The notes under the pieces are model-generated. The model did not search any database, was not told where the DNA came from, and worked only from the letters and a program-made list of their open reading frames with translations. From positions 1-63,107 of the IMG/VR virus record IMGVR_UViG_3300032236_001513: 63,107 bases of DNA. One strand, 5' to 3'. The first letter of the stretch is position 1. Every line of letters starts with the position of its first letter. The translations under genes and the position numbers were made by a program. The DNA is from a virus (taxonomy: Duplodnaviria > Caudoviricetes). Shown one piece after another: positions 19,325-29,375 of the stretch.

Positions 19325-19567
19325 TCATACACGTTTCTTAGTTGCCTGACGTTCCTTCCAGCGAGCAAGATCAATGCTCCATTGATCCTTCACTGTCTTA
19401 CCTGCAACAAACTTCTGATATTGCCGCCAGATATAATTCTGACTACTATACAAGTCACGCTCATCAAAGCGATATCCGTATTCCCTACAGAAATCACGGT
19501 ACTTATCAAGGTCATCAAAAATCTGAGTAACCGTAGAGGAATTCGACTTAGTAGTTTGGGTAGTCAT
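19325..19567 (-). CDS. Hypothetical phage protein
   Basis: 80 aa; AGGAG RBS; IFDDLDKYRDFCREYGYRFDERDLY motif. Confidence 0.75.
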   Translation of the reverse strand: MTTQTTKSNSSTVTQIFDDLDKYRDFCREYGYRFDERDLYSSQNYIWRQYQKFVAGKTVKDQWSIDLARWKERQATKKRV

Positions 19568-19577
19568 TTATAACTCC

Positions 19578-20063
19578 TTAGATGTTGAATGAATTTAAAG
19601 GTTTAGTTGTGTTGTAGTAAATCGTAGCACCGTTCTCACCATCTTCTGAAACAGTGATCTCAATATCACGACCGGGGTATCGATTTGTGATAAGATCATA
19701 GAGATCATCACAAATCATCTCACATGACTTGTGGTCGAGTTGCATCACTCCGTCACGGAAGCTATTTTCTAGCCAACGCTTGAACTGAATAAACTCAATG
19801 TCACGGTCATTGTGAGTTACCTGAATCGCCACCTTGAAGTGAAAGATGTGACGATGCGGGTATCCTAGAAAACTAACGTCATATTCGTCGCCAGTTGCTA
19901 AGTTCGGATCGGTGTCAGCACCGGGATACTTGTGAATGCCTTCACGCTGAAACGTGACCCAGATCATACGCTTTGCAGCGTCCTTGATTCGATGGGCACG
20001 TTCTTGCACGGCGATTGCTTTTGCTGCTGAAATATCAGTAATCATAGCTGTCGTCTTCATCAT
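19578..20063 (-). CDS. QueD-paralogous T-fold protein, DpdL-like (putative CDG decarboxylase)
   Basis: LGYPHRHIF (LxxxHRHxF in place of QueD CxxxHGH), DRDIEF, SCE and VSEDGENG motifs. Confidence 0.7.
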   Translation of the reverse strand: MMKTTAMITDISAAKAIAVQERAHRIKDAAKRMIWVTFQREGIHKYPGADTDPNLATGDEYDVSFLGYPHRHIFHFKVAIQVTHNDRDIEFIQFKRWLENSFRDGVMQLDHKSCEMICDDLYDLITNRYPGRDIEITVSEDGENGATIYYNTTKPLNSFNI

Positions 20064-20250
20064 TATCTACTGTATTATAAACTTCTTCATAATGCAAGCG
20101 AGAAAGTCTTGTTATCTCATCAAAAATTGCCAATCGCTTCTCGTTCAAATCTGCAACATCTGCTTCATTCTTTTTTGCAGCATTCAATTGTTCAGTTAGA
20201 ATCTTAAACTCTCGCTGTAGGGCTTCAATTTGTTCTTCGTAAGTCATCAT
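20035..20250 (-). CDS. Small coiled-coil protein
   Basis: 71 aa with heptad pattern. Confidence 0.6.
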   Translation of the reverse strand: MMTYEEQIEALQREFKILTEQLNAAKKNEADVADLNEKRLAIFDEITRLSRLHYEEVYNTVDNDEDDSYDY

Positions 20251-21797
20251 TCTATGATACCTTCCATTGCATCGTCGCTGTCTTCAATGATTTCATCTAC
20301 TTCTGGTTCACTGTCTTCAATACTAAACAACTCATTAAACATCGTATGTGCGTTAACCGCTTTCTTTCCTGAAAAGCCTTGACCGGCTTTCATTTGAGTC
20401 CAAAATCTACTATGTGACTCTATCAAGTCTAAGCTCTTTTGTCTATCCTTAAGTGAAAAAATCTCATCTACAATTTGCCCAAATGTTCTACCATCAAACC
20501 GATCAAAGACCATGCTAGGGAGGATTCCTCGTTCATACCGCCGATTTGCTTCTTGAACAGCAATCATATGCTGGTACACATTATGAGCTTGGATGAGCGT
20601 GTAGCTGAGTGTGTCCCAGCTAGTCTTAGTTTCCTTACCGTGCTGACCAATGAAGCCTTGCCCGCGATAACAAAGGTCCTTCATGATCATCATATCAGTC
20701 ACGGGACTGTCAGTAAAGAACTCATGAATACCGTCAGATAGTACACCATTGCTAAATTTGCGAGTGTCAGTTGCATACTTCTTGTTTTCAGCAGTCTTCT
20801 CCATCGCATACGTCCACTTAGTGTCATGCTCAAACGTGTTATTGTTATAAGCAAGACCCTTAGCAGCAGCAAAGAACGGAGAAGCACAATCAAACGTGAT
20901 CTGGAACTTAGGATTGTGATACTTACGAATAGCCTTCTGAATATCAGTGAAGATCACTGCATATTCCATGATCGAAGTACCGAGACAGTGAATCAGATCA
21001 TGCTTACCTTCTTCAAGATAGCCATCATGGATGATTCCCACTAGACGCTTCAGCATCAGATGGATGTCAATCTTGTTTTGACCACCGAATGCCCAACCAT
21101 TAAACGCACGATCACCGTAGATGTTAGTATCGCAGTACTTCTTCATCGCCTCATACCAGTCATCAGACTGCTTATGATTACGACCCTGCAACACATTCAG
21201 GAACTTACAACGACCGTCGCGGTTATTGATGAAGTATTCATTGTTGATGTGAGTTGCAGTGATTGCTTCTTCAATCGTACTGATACCGTGTGCGGACTTG
21301 CCAGTCTTCTTGTCCTTGATGTGATAAGTCGTCAGAGACTGTGATGGTATATCAAGACACATGCCATAGTCCATATACTCGTCCATCCACTTTAGGACTT
21401 CGATGCGCTTCTTCATCGCACGTGTACAGTTAGGATCCTTCCAGTCTGCGGGCCACTGACACTTGAGAATCTGGAATCCACCAGAGTCACCTAGAAGAAA
21501 TGTATTCTGCCGATCACGCTTACGAATGATTGATTCGTTGTGGTCATCAACCGTGATGTCCAGATTAGCGTGACCAGCAGAATACAGCCCCCACTTGTAC
21601 GTATACAAGCCTTGGCTCTCATTGAGGAAGTTTAACTTCTCAACATCACCGTTGAATGCCGCAGGGATTCTCGCTGAGTCAAAATATTGTTCACCTTCAC
21701 GCTGCTTGCCTAAGCCCGCGATGAAGAAAGACGAGACTGCTGGCAAAAACAACGCCCAATCTGGATTGTGTGATGCTGAGAGATTAATTTGTTCCAA
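20247..21797 (-). CDS. dpdA: TGT-fold DNA 7-deazaguanine transglycosylase (DpdA-like)
   Basis: GDSGGFQ, LDIP, NVLQG, GWAFGG, HCLG and TFDCASP motifs; sits in the folE/queD/queE cluster. Confidence 0.8.
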   Translation of the reverse strand: MEQINLSASHNPDWALFLPAVSSFFIAGLGKQREGEQYFDSARIPAAFNGDVEKLNFLNESQGLYTYKWGLYSAGHANLDITVDDHNESIIRKRDRQNTFLLGDSGGFQILKCQWPADWKDPNCTRAMKKRIEVLKWMDEYMDYGMCLDIPSQSLTTYHIKDKKTGKSAHGISTIEEAITATHINNEYFINNRDGRCKFLNVLQGRNHKQSDDWYEAMKKYCDTNIYGDRAFNGWAFGGQNKIDIHLMLKRLVGIIHDGYLEEGKHDLIHCLGTSIMEYAVIFTDIQKAIRKYHNPKFQITFDCASPFFAAAKGLAYNNNTFEHDTKWTYAMEKTAENKKYATDTRKFSNGVLSDGIHEFFTDSPVTDMMIMKDLCYRGQGFIGQHGKETKTSWDTLSYTLIQAHNVYQHMIAVQEANRRYERGILPSMVFDRFDGRTFGQIVDEIFSLKDRQKSLDLIESHSRFWTQMKAGQGFSGKKAVNAHTMFNELFSIEDSEPEVDEIIEDSDDAMEGIIE

Positions 21798-22167
21798 CTT
21801 TGAGTTCTTCTTTAGTTAAGATTTGAACCATCTTGATCTTGTGATCAAGGTCTTTCTTTTGATTCAAAAGATCAGCAATAGTAGGATTGGTTGCTGCCAT
21901 AGCTTCAATCGCTAGTTCTTCATTACGCTTTTCACGAGCCCAATCAAGCAATGATTCTGCCTCACTTGTAAGACCCACAGAAGTATAAGATGAATTTATT
22001 GTAACCCAAGTATATCCATCATACACTTCAAAGTTTTGAGTAGACGTATTGTAGCGAAGGTTGCCAACGCCCTGATTTCCTGAATTAGTATTAATATACG
22101 TAGGTGAGGGAGAACCGCTATTCACCACTGTATACTTACCTTGTTGAATTATACCTTTGATCATCAC
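21784..22167 (-). CDS. Hypothetical phage protein
   Basis: 127 aa; GNLRYN...EVYDGYTW motif. Confidence 0.7.
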   Translation of the reverse strand: MMIKGIIQQGKYTVVNSGSPSPTYINTNSGNQGVGNLRYNTSTQNFEVYDGYTWVTINSSYTSVGLTSEAESLLDWAREKRNEELAIEAMAATNPTIADLLNQKKDLDHKIKMVQILTKEELKVGTN

Positions 22168-22895
22168 TTCGCCTGTGCAGGAAGCAGATAACGATACGTT
22201 GCGAGACCGCTATCAACAGTGATTTCAGCCGCGCCAACATCAGCAAAGCGAACAGTCTTGTCACCAGGAAGATCCATGATAGCAAGAAACACCTTCACGG
22301 GCCAGTTCCACTGACGGCTCAACTTACCAGCAACACCTGGCTGAAATACGAAGTTACCCGAGTGAGTCGAAGGATCGCCGAAATAAATCTTGAGATCGCC
22401 GTTCTCAGTCTTAGTCGTGAACGTAGTTTCTTCACTGTTAGCCTGAGCTTGCTTCTTCAAACGAAGGATTCCTGCAATAGAGGGTTCAAACTCAACGTCC
22501 CACTTGTCGCCCTTGAACGTGACGTTCTTCACCTTGTCTTCGACAAGATTCTTAAGCATCAAGCGGTAGTCATTAACAAAGTCGCCTGTTGCAGTTTCAA
22601 AGTGAATAGCTGCAGGGACCGATTCGCCATCGCGATCAACACGAGTAACATTGATCGTAGCCTTATCATCATAATCATCAAAGTTAACAATCGTCTTTAG
22701 CTTCGTCAAGTTTGGCATACCGAACGTACCAATGAAGTCAGGAATAGTATTCTTAAAGGAACCGGAAACAACAACAGACTTATCTTCTGCATAAGCAGCA
22801 ATCTGTGTTTCTTCAGTAGTACCAACAATTTTTACAAGTTCAATAACACCCAAACCTTGAGTGTGCTGGATTAGGTCGAGCAAATTATCTTTCAT
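22164..22895 (-). CDS. Probable DNA polymerase sliding clamp (gp45-like)
   Basis: About 243 aa, alternating alpha/beta pattern, adjacent to the DNA polymerase; likely start MKDNLLD. Confidence 0.65.
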   Translation of the reverse strand: MKDNLLDLIQHTQGLGVIELVKIVGTTEETQIAAYAEDKSVVVSGSFKNTIPDFIGTFGMPNLTKLKTIVNFDDYDDKATINVTRVDRDGESVPAAIHFETATGDFVNDYRLMLKNLVEDKVKNVTFKGDKWDVEFEPSIAGILRLKKQAQANSEETTFTTKTENGDLKIYFGDPSTHSGNFVFQPGVAGKLSRQWNWPVKVFLAIMDLPGDKTVRFADVGAAEITVDSGLATYRYLLPAQAK

Positions 22896-22933
22896 GTGTT
22901 TTCCTTTATAGTATTTAGGTTTTGTTATTGTGT

Positions 22934-22962
22934 ATAATAACGGAATTTTTTGCACTAGTCAA
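22934..22962 (-). promoter_or_regulatory. Sigma70-type promoter
   Basis: TTGACT-17 nt-TATTAT. Confidence 0.65.
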
Positions 22963-22970
22963 TGTTCTTA

Positions 22971-25682
22971 TTATCCGAAAGTAAAGAGATCACTCACTGT
23001 GCTATTAGTGTTCGTGTCAGTACGAATACCCCAATTCAATACACCCAATAAGTTATCGATCTTCTCATCTACGAGCTTACGTTCCATATCAAGATCATCG
23101 AATGGAAGTTCAAGGAACCATTTTGGAAGCCTGAGTTCATCAGTCGGATACGCGACAGAAGTAAATCCTAGCGCATTATCCTTGAGTGAACACACGATGA
23201 CTTTCATGCCATCAACGATCTTTTGACTATACTGATCATTATTCATTCTTCTTAGATAGTTATAGTTGATCGCTGCCCTAGCATGACCGACGCCACACTT
23301 GCCTGTCTTCTCAAACTTGATCGTGTGGTTAGTGAGATTGTTCACCGATTTTGGATTGCCCTTAGTCCAGCTATCCTGCTTAGAGAGCCATGTCTTGAAC
23401 TCACGAATCTTTTCTACAACCTCATCGCGGCCCTTACCTTCCTGAATCACCATGCACAAAACTTTCATGAGGAATTCTTGCACATATTTAGGAGTATCAG
23501 CCCGCTTGAGGTCAAGACCCATCGCTTTGACAGAACCTAGCTTACCGTCTTTATCTTGACGCTTGCCTTCCTTATCAAAGATATTGATAGCATATCGCTT
23601 CTTCGTGATGAAGATAGCACGATCACCGATCAGTTCACGTCCAGCTTTGATGATAGACCCGTTATTACGAGGGCAATGAAAGGCCTTCTCCATGAATGCA
23701 GGGAAACTATCGTTTGTTTGATCGGCGATGTTATCATAGAGTTCAATGCATAGTTCTTTGTTCCACTCAAGGTCTCCTTTTTCGATTTGGGGCTTGAGTG
23801 CAGGATATGCAGTGAAGTAACAAGAATCCGTATCACCATAGACGATTGAGTTACCTTCATGTGTGTAGGCTCCTTCAACGATCTCGTTGATCTGACTCAT
23901 CATATGCTTGACGATCTGACGACCTGATAGAGTAACTGACTGACCGATACGCTTGTCGTAGAATCGGCAATGTTCGTTTAGAAGTGCGCCATATGCAGAG
24001 TTGAGCAAAATCTTACGAACAAGCTGACGCTTATCATAGTACTCAAACATATCAGTACCATATGATTCTTTAGCCTGCTTCTGAATAGACTTTCGTTCAG
24101 TGTACCAGCGAGATAGTAGTCCCGGAATGATTCCTTCTTTCTCATAAGTGAAGATGGTACCGTTCGCAGAAAGTATCCAAGGGCGATGACTATCAAAAAT
24201 CATCTTCCAAATCTCAGCAGCAGACTTTTCTTCGCTACGTCCATCAGCGTAATCAAGTGTGAGCATTGTGCCGCGCTCTTGATTCATGATAGCAGTATAC
24301 TCTAGTGACCCGAACAACCCTTCCCAGAGAATAGCACCTGTCACTGCTTCATCGTCGCCGTCTTTCTTGCGGTTCTTCTTCTCCTTAGCCAGCTTCATGC
24401 CTTTATCATGCATGTACTGATCAGTGAGGGTCTGACGAACCTGAGCAACAATCGTCTCCGGTGCCATATTCAAAGCACGGATTGCTGATGGATATAGAGA
24501 ATTGATATCGACTGCCCCTACCCATTCATGAATTCCCTTTTTAGGAACCGCAACATACGCACCAGCAGCCTGTTGTTCATCACCGAACGATTCTTTACGC
24601 TTCTTATCCGGAACGATGAACCCACGTGCATGAGACTCGTTGTAGATCGCCATTTCGATCATAGCCACCGAACCCATGACAGTTGGCATCAGCACAGTAT
24701 TCTCATGCGCCAGAGCATTTGCAAGATCAAGGAATTTCAACTTGTTGTGAATCTTGACCATCAGCATCGTATCCTGACGGTTATACTCAACGAATGTCTT
24801 AAAGTCCTTGTTGTACAACTGATCAAGACTACCTTCATACTGTGTCTTACGTTCTCCTACTTCCATCTCACCGATAGCATCAAGTGAATAGCTGTGACGA
24901 GATTCATAGTTGTACTTCTTGTAGAGTTGTAGATAGTCCATATGAATACGTCCAACGAAGTCATATGTCTGCTCTTCCTTTCCGAAACGTTCATATGTTC
25001 TAGGTTTCGGCATCTGTCCCATCAGACAGAACCTACGAGTGTCATTCTTACTCATTACACGAGTAACACGATTCACCATGTAGGGAACGTCATACCCTTC
25101 TGAGTTCCATCCAGTCAGCACATCTGCATCTTCGATCAAGTCAAAGAAGGCTTCAAACATTTCAATCTCAGATCGAAACAGAAATGTGTTTGAAAAATCT
25201 GTGACTAGTTCTTGTGCTGTCTCATCTGACATATGCTTCGGAGGAATAGCAAGGGTTATAAGTTGATCCAACCAATCAAGATACAGCGAGATTGCAGTGA
25301 CTGGATTGAATGGATCATCAGTTGGACTGAATCCCCGCTCTGGATCGAAGTCCACTTCGATGTCGAAAAAGCAAGTATGAAGTTTAGGAGGTTCAACACC
25401 TAGATAGTTATCAGACAGACACCTGAAGACTACGTTGATATCACTCTCAAACAATTTCTTGTTTGCATGGATCCTGCGCTCCTTCTCAAATTCTGCTTTC
25501 TTACGGGTAGAGAATCGAGTGACAGGATCTCCGTAGATAGAGCGATGCTTGCCCTTCGGGTCCGCGTAATAAAAGACATAGTTTGTGGAATATTCTTTAT
25601 AGGTACGCTTACCCTCAGGAGTGCGTTCTACTACGTAGATCCTGTCTGAGTTTTGTTCTAGGATTGCGTCAACGTATGACAT
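22971..25682 (-). CDS. Family B DNA polymerase (T4 gp43-like)
   Basis: FDIE exonuclease motif, DINSLYPS, KILLNSAYG, YGDTDS and KKRY. Confidence 0.97.
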   Translation of the reverse strand: MSYVDAILEQNSDRIYVVERTPEGKRTYKEYSTNYVFYYADPKGKHRSIYGDPVTRFSTRKKAEFEKERRIHANKKLFESDINVVFRCLSDNYLGVEPPKLHTCFFDIEVDFDPERGFSPTDDPFNPVTAISLYLDWLDQLITLAIPPKHMSDETAQELVTDFSNTFLFRSEIEMFEAFFDLIEDADVLTGWNSEGYDVPYMVNRVTRVMSKNDTRRFCLMGQMPKPRTYERFGKEEQTYDFVGRIHMDYLQLYKKYNYESRHSYSLDAIGEMEVGERKTQYEGSLDQLYNKDFKTFVEYNRQDTMLMVKIHNKLKFLDLANALAHENTVLMPTVMGSVAMIEMAIYNESHARGFIVPDKKRKESFGDEQQAAGAYVAVPKKGIHEWVGAVDINSLYPSAIRALNMAPETIVAQVRQTLTDQYMHDKGMKLAKEKKNRKKDGDDEAVTGAILWEGLFGSLEYTAIMNQERGTMLTLDYADGRSEEKSAAEIWKMIFDSHRPWILSANGTIFTYEKEGIIPGLLSRWYTERKSIQKQAKESYGTDMFEYYDKRQLVRKILLNSAYGALLNEHCRFYDKRIGQSVTLSGRQIVKHMMSQINEIVEGAYTHEGNSIVYGDTDSCYFTAYPALKPQIEKGDLEWNKELCIELYDNIADQTNDSFPAFMEKAFHCPRNNGSIIKAGRELIGDRAIFITKKRYAINIFDKEGKRQDKDGKLGSVKAMGLDLKRADTPKYVQEFLMKVLCMVIQEGKGRDEVVEKIREFKTWLSKQDSWTKGNPKSVNNLTNHTIKFEKTGKCGVGHARAAINYNYLRRMNNDQYSQKIVDGMKVIVCSLKDNALGFTSVAYPTDELRLPKWFLELPFDDLDMERKLVDEKIDNLLGVLNWGIRTDTNTNSTVSDLFTFG

Positions 25683-25942
25683 CAGTTAGTCTTACCGACA
25701 GTCTCCAGAATAGTATTCAGTTCTTCATTTTCTTGATTGGTCTCCGCAAGACGAGACTTATGTGCTACGCGAATAGCCTTCTTTAGAATGCTTGGCTTTA
25801 CCTCAAGTTCATCTGCGAGTGCCTTAATAGTGTCATTGAGACCTTCAGTCAAGGTTTCAATCTCTTGCATGACTGACATGCCCTCATTCACGAGTTGAGT
25901 CAGCTTGATCTTAGCTTCAGTGTTAAAAGTACGATTTGTCAT
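25682..25942 (-). CDS. Small helical dsDNA-binding protein (T4 DsbA/GapR-like)
   Basis: 86 aa helical; DTIKALADELEVKPSILKKAIRVAHK. Confidence 0.55.
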   Translation of the reverse strand: MTNRTFNTEAKIKLTQLVNEGMSVMQEIETLTEGLNDTIKALADELEVKPSILKKAIRVAHKSRLAETNQENEELNTILETVGKTN

Positions 25943-25963
25943 GAGTTCTCCTTCTAAATAGTT

Positions 25964-25991
25964 ATTATAACTATCTACGCATAGAAGTCAA
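25964..25991 (-). promoter_or_regulatory. Sigma70-type promoter for the polymerase operon
   Basis: TTGACT-16 nt-TATAAT. Confidence 0.7.
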
Positions 25992-26026
25992 ACACTTTGA
26001 GTAAGATTGGTTAAATCAATCAGATT

Positions 26027-26608
26027 TTATTGGAAAATATAGTGATGCTTTTCACCATAAATCTTAATATATTTTCCTGCCAATAGGTCAGCCATTGCTT
26101 CGATAGGTGAGCCAGGATAAGAATCACCCGGCTTGATCATGCCCAATTCACCCTGGCGACAATGGACAATTTCATGAAACACTGTACGAAGAATGTCTAC
26201 GAGATTTCGATTCTTTGCATAAACCCAGATTGTAGGATCACCGTCAACATGGCGACCGGTGTGGTGATTGTCTTGTGCATCCTTTGTGTCATAGCTCAGA
26301 TCAATCTTGATTGGATTCTGTAGATGTACGCGGCGCATGGCCCACTCAGCAAATTTCTTTACTTCTTCTTCGATATCAATATCATGGTCATTGATATCTT
26401 CTTTTTTGATCGCATTGATCCACTTATTTGAGGTGTTGCTATATTTCTTTACAAATAACGCTCTAAGAGCTTTGTTAGTGATAGCATACCTTTTGGCAAT
26501 CTTGCGAAGTAGTCTATCGATTGTGCTGTAATTATGTTTGGCCAGACCGGGCAATTCTCTGGCTAATTCCATGACGGCTGCTTCGTAAAGAAATTCTCTT
26601 GCTCTCAT
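26027..26608 (-). CDS. HExxH zinc-metallopeptidase-like protein, putative virion-internal
   Basis: LRTVFHEIVH...E motif; N-terminus MRAREFLYE|A; late promoter 26614-26620. Confidence 0.65.
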   Translation of the reverse strand: MRAREFLYEAAVMELARELPGLAKHNYSTIDRLLRKIAKRYAITNKALRALFVKKYSNTSNKWINAIKKEDINDHDIDIEEEVKKFAEWAMRRVHLQNPIKIDLSYDTKDAQDNHHTGRHVDGDPTIWVYAKNRNLVDILRTVFHEIVHCRQGELGMIKPGDSYPGSPIEAMADLLAGKYIKIYGEKHHYIFQ

Positions 26609-26633
26609 GAGATTATTTATCTTTTTACGACCC

Positions 26634-26667
26634 AAAAAAATAACGGTGAGAACCTCACCGTTATTTT
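26634..26667 (-). terminator. Intrinsic terminator
   Basis: AAAATAACGGTGAG-aac-CTCACCGTTATTTT with a U-tract on the minus strand. Confidence 0.75.
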
Positions 26668-26688
26668 CATCATCAACGATAGTTCTTA

Positions 26689-27240
26689 TTAGAACTTGTG
26701 TGCAACAGACGCACCGATGACATCGCGGTCTACGCCGGTTAGGCTGTTATGTACGCGATAGTAGCTAAGACCCAAATCATCGTTCTTCGTTACTGCATAA
26801 GTCAAACCTGCATTGTAACGATCTTCCTTGAAGTTAGCTGCCGTGAATCCTTCACGGTGACGGATACCGACGTTTGCACTTAGAGGACCATATAGTCTAT
26901 GCTCAGCAGTAGCACCGGCACCCCAAAAGGCATAAGACTTACCTGTAGTCGTGGTGCGAGCAAGTTCGCCATACACCTTTGACTTGAATCCTGCATAGAC
27001 AGGAAGAGCATATCCAACCTTACCGACATACTTGTTGCTGATTGCTCCGCGATGGTCTGGTTGATTAGTCGTTAGTTCTGCGCCCAAGAGTGCAGGACCG
27101 GCATGAGTCCAGCCTTGAACAACGAGTTCCTTAGCGTCTGGCTTTGTAAAGTTTCTTACTTCGGCTGACAATGAATCGGCAAAGGCTGGTGCTGAGATAG
27201 CAGCCATTGCCAATGCTAATGCTACGATTACCTTCTTCAT
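26689..27240 (-). CDS. Outer-membrane beta-barrel protein
   Basis: Signal peptide ending AFA|DS, alternating amphipathic strands, C-terminal Phe. Confidence 0.75.
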   Translation of the reverse strand: MKKVIVALALAMAAISAPAFADSLSAEVRNFTKPDAKELVVQGWTHAGPALLGAELTTNQPDHRGAISNKYVGKVGYALPVYAGFKSKVYGELARTTTTGKSYAFWGAGATAEHRLYGPLSANVGIRHREGFTAANFKEDRYNAGLTYAVTKNDDLGLSYYRVHNSLTGVDRDVIGASVAHKF

Positions 27241-27276
27241 TTAGTTCCCTTTTTGTTGAAGTACCTGTCAATCATC

Positions 27277-27304
27277 TTGCAGGCTATTATTATTTATAGC
27301 CTGC
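27277..27304 (-). promoter_or_regulatory. Hairpin overlapping a late promoter (TATAAATA)
   Basis: TGCAGGCTAT/ATAGCCTGCA inverted repeat around TATTATTT. Confidence 0.5.
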
Positions 27305-27320
27305 AGATACGTGAATTTTT

Positions 27321-29369
27321 TTATTTAGAAGTAGCCCTAAAGACTCCATCCCAATCTTTAGGTGGCGCAGATTGATCTTTCATTCTCTCTTCCATAGCCC
27401 TATAGTATCCAGCTAATTGGCCTTTCCAGAGATTTTCCATGTGAGAAATCAAATCAATCGCATCATTCCATTCGCCTGCACGATACTTATCTAAGAACAT
27501 ATGATGGAAGTTTTCTGATATCGGATCCTTAGTTTCTAGAACCGTGTATATACATGTAGGTTCTTTCTTTCCCTTCACGGCGATCAAGTCTAGCTCTACT
27601 ACTTGATACTCATCGCTAACATATTCAGCAGTCTTTGGTCCAATAATTATCTTGACGCCGTACGGTTTAGACTGACCTTCGAGGCGAGATGCAAGATTAA
27701 CGCCGTCCCCCAAACAAGTATAGTCGAAACGCTGATCACTACCCATATTACCAACAACCACAGTATCAGTATTGATACCGAGACCCATTCCAAAAGCCGG
27801 GACTCCCTCAGCCTTAATTTCTTCATTGAATTTCTCCAGGTCATTTAACATCTGAAACGCAGTTTTAACAGCATCCTTAGCATGTTGCTCGTTACTAAGC
27901 GGTGCATTCCAAAATGCCATCTGAGCATCTCCTATATACTTATCTAGTGTACCGTTGTTCACAAGAATAGCTTTGGTCATAGTAGTCATGTATCGATTCA
28001 TGATCTTAGTCAATCCCTGCACATCTCTACCATAGTGTTCAGAGATAGTTGTGAATCCCCTGACATCAGTAAACATGATACTGAGTTCAACCTCATCCCC
28101 GCCTAGTGCTAATAACTCTGGATTCTTTTGAAGTTTAGCGACAAGATCCGGGCTTAAGTAAGTACCGAATTGCTTTTTAATCTGTTGCTTTTGTAAGTAT
28201 TCACTGATAAACTTCACGCTGTATACATGCAAATAAATAACAAGGGCAGCAAGAAGATTAAAAGAAATATCAAATAATATTTTATTATGACTGAACAAAT
28301 AGATGGGTGCATACACATATCCTGCGATCAGAATACCGATCCAGATGATAGAGTATCGTACATTCGACAGACCAATGACTGCAACTGAAAGGACAACAAA
28401 TGCAGCAAGATCAAGTAATCCAACCCAATTCGGAATCGAAACTGAATCGCCATTTATCAGGGTCTGAAGAATGGACGCTTGCAACTGATGGGGATACTGG
28501 GCACCTGCTGGAGTCGCTACAGGGTTGGCTACTCCATTCGCGCTTACACCAAGAATTACGATTTTCTTTGTTAGATCAGGAACTTTATCCCCAATCTCAA
28601 ATGATTGAAACTTATAGTTTGGATTGATAAATACTCTGCCGTATTCGTCGGTATTAACTTTTCCAAATTGGGGGACACGCAATGCTTCAACACCAGCCTG
28701 ACTTATTTTCGCCTGATAAGAAGGATCACCCGCTAGAACTCTCAGCACTTCAAGAGAGAATGCAGGATAGTATTCATTCTTTGAAATTCCTATTAACGGA
28801 ATTCGACGCACAACCCCGTCTGTCTCTGGAAGAGAAGATGCTATACCGACGCCTGCGGATCCTTCTTGAAGCTCTGGAATGTTATCAAGAACACAGGGAT
28901 AGTTCGGGAGAAATTGCGTCGGTTGGCCGTCACCAATTACAGCAACGCCTGTACGACGAGTCTTCTGATTATCCCTAGTACATTTATCGGATAACGTTTG
29001 GCTTAATACAACTGGATTCTTTTTCAAAGAAGCCGCCAGGATATCATCACCGTTGAATCGATCCTTTTCAGGAAACATCACAGTGGTAGCAACCAATCCA
29101 GCATTAGCACTATACAAATCATCTATGATCTTTGCATGGACATCTCTAGGGAACGGCCATTGACCATACTTTTCGATAGCCTTTTCCCCGATATTAGCTA
29201 TCACGACATGTTCTGACTGTACTGGTTCACCGAGCATCAAATAGTCATAGAATTTTAATCGCATAGCATCTACGAGATATGGGTTGCTTAATTTAATCAC
29301 TAATAGAAGTGCAAAGGTTAACAATGCCAACCAAGGACTCAATAGTATTTTCTTTAGTTGACTCATCAT
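27321..29369 (-). CDS. CHASE2-domain class III adenylate/guanylate cyclase
   Basis: GQWPFPR and DGVVRR (CHASE2), three TM helices, FTDVRGFT, DKYIGDA, YTCLGDGVNLASRLE and VKGK. Confidence 0.92.
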   Translation of the reverse strand: MMSQLKKILLSPWLALLTFALLLVIKLSNPYLVDAMRLKFYDYLMLGEPVQSEHVVIANIGEKAIEKYGQWPFPRDVHAKIIDDLYSANAGLVATTVMFPEKDRFNGDDILAASLKKNPVVLSQTLSDKCTRDNQKTRRTGVAVIGDGQPTQFLPNYPCVLDNIPELQEGSAGVGIASSLPETDGVVRRIPLIGISKNEYYPAFSLEVLRVLAGDPSYQAKISQAGVEALRVPQFGKVNTDEYGRVFINPNYKFQSFEIGDKVPDLTKKIVILGVSANGVANPVATPAGAQYPHQLQASILQTLINGDSVSIPNWVGLLDLAAFVVLSVAVIGLSNVRYSIIWIGILIAGYVYAPIYLFSHNKILFDISFNLLAALVIYLHVYSVKFISEYLQKQQIKKQFGTYLSPDLVAKLQKNPELLALGGDEVELSIMFTDVRGFTTISEHYGRDVQGLTKIMNRYMTTMTKAILVNNGTLDKYIGDAQMAFWNAPLSNEQHAKDAVKTAFQMLNDLEKFNEEIKAEGVPAFGMGLGINTDTVVVGNMGSDQRFDYTCLGDGVNLASRLEGQSKPYGVKIIIGPKTAEYVSDEYQVVELDLIAVKGKKEPTCIYTVLETKDPISENFHHMFLDKYRAGEWNDAIDLISHMENLWKGQLAGYYRAMEERMKDQSAPPKDWDGVFRATSK

Positions 29370-29375
29370 GGATCC

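Noticed and set aside
20247-21797. tRNA-guanine transglycosylase for queuosine tRNA modification
   Set aside because: Lacks an obvious CxCxxC zinc site, no queC/queF/queA in the window, and it lies beside the clamp and polymerase; a DNA-acting DpdA fits better.
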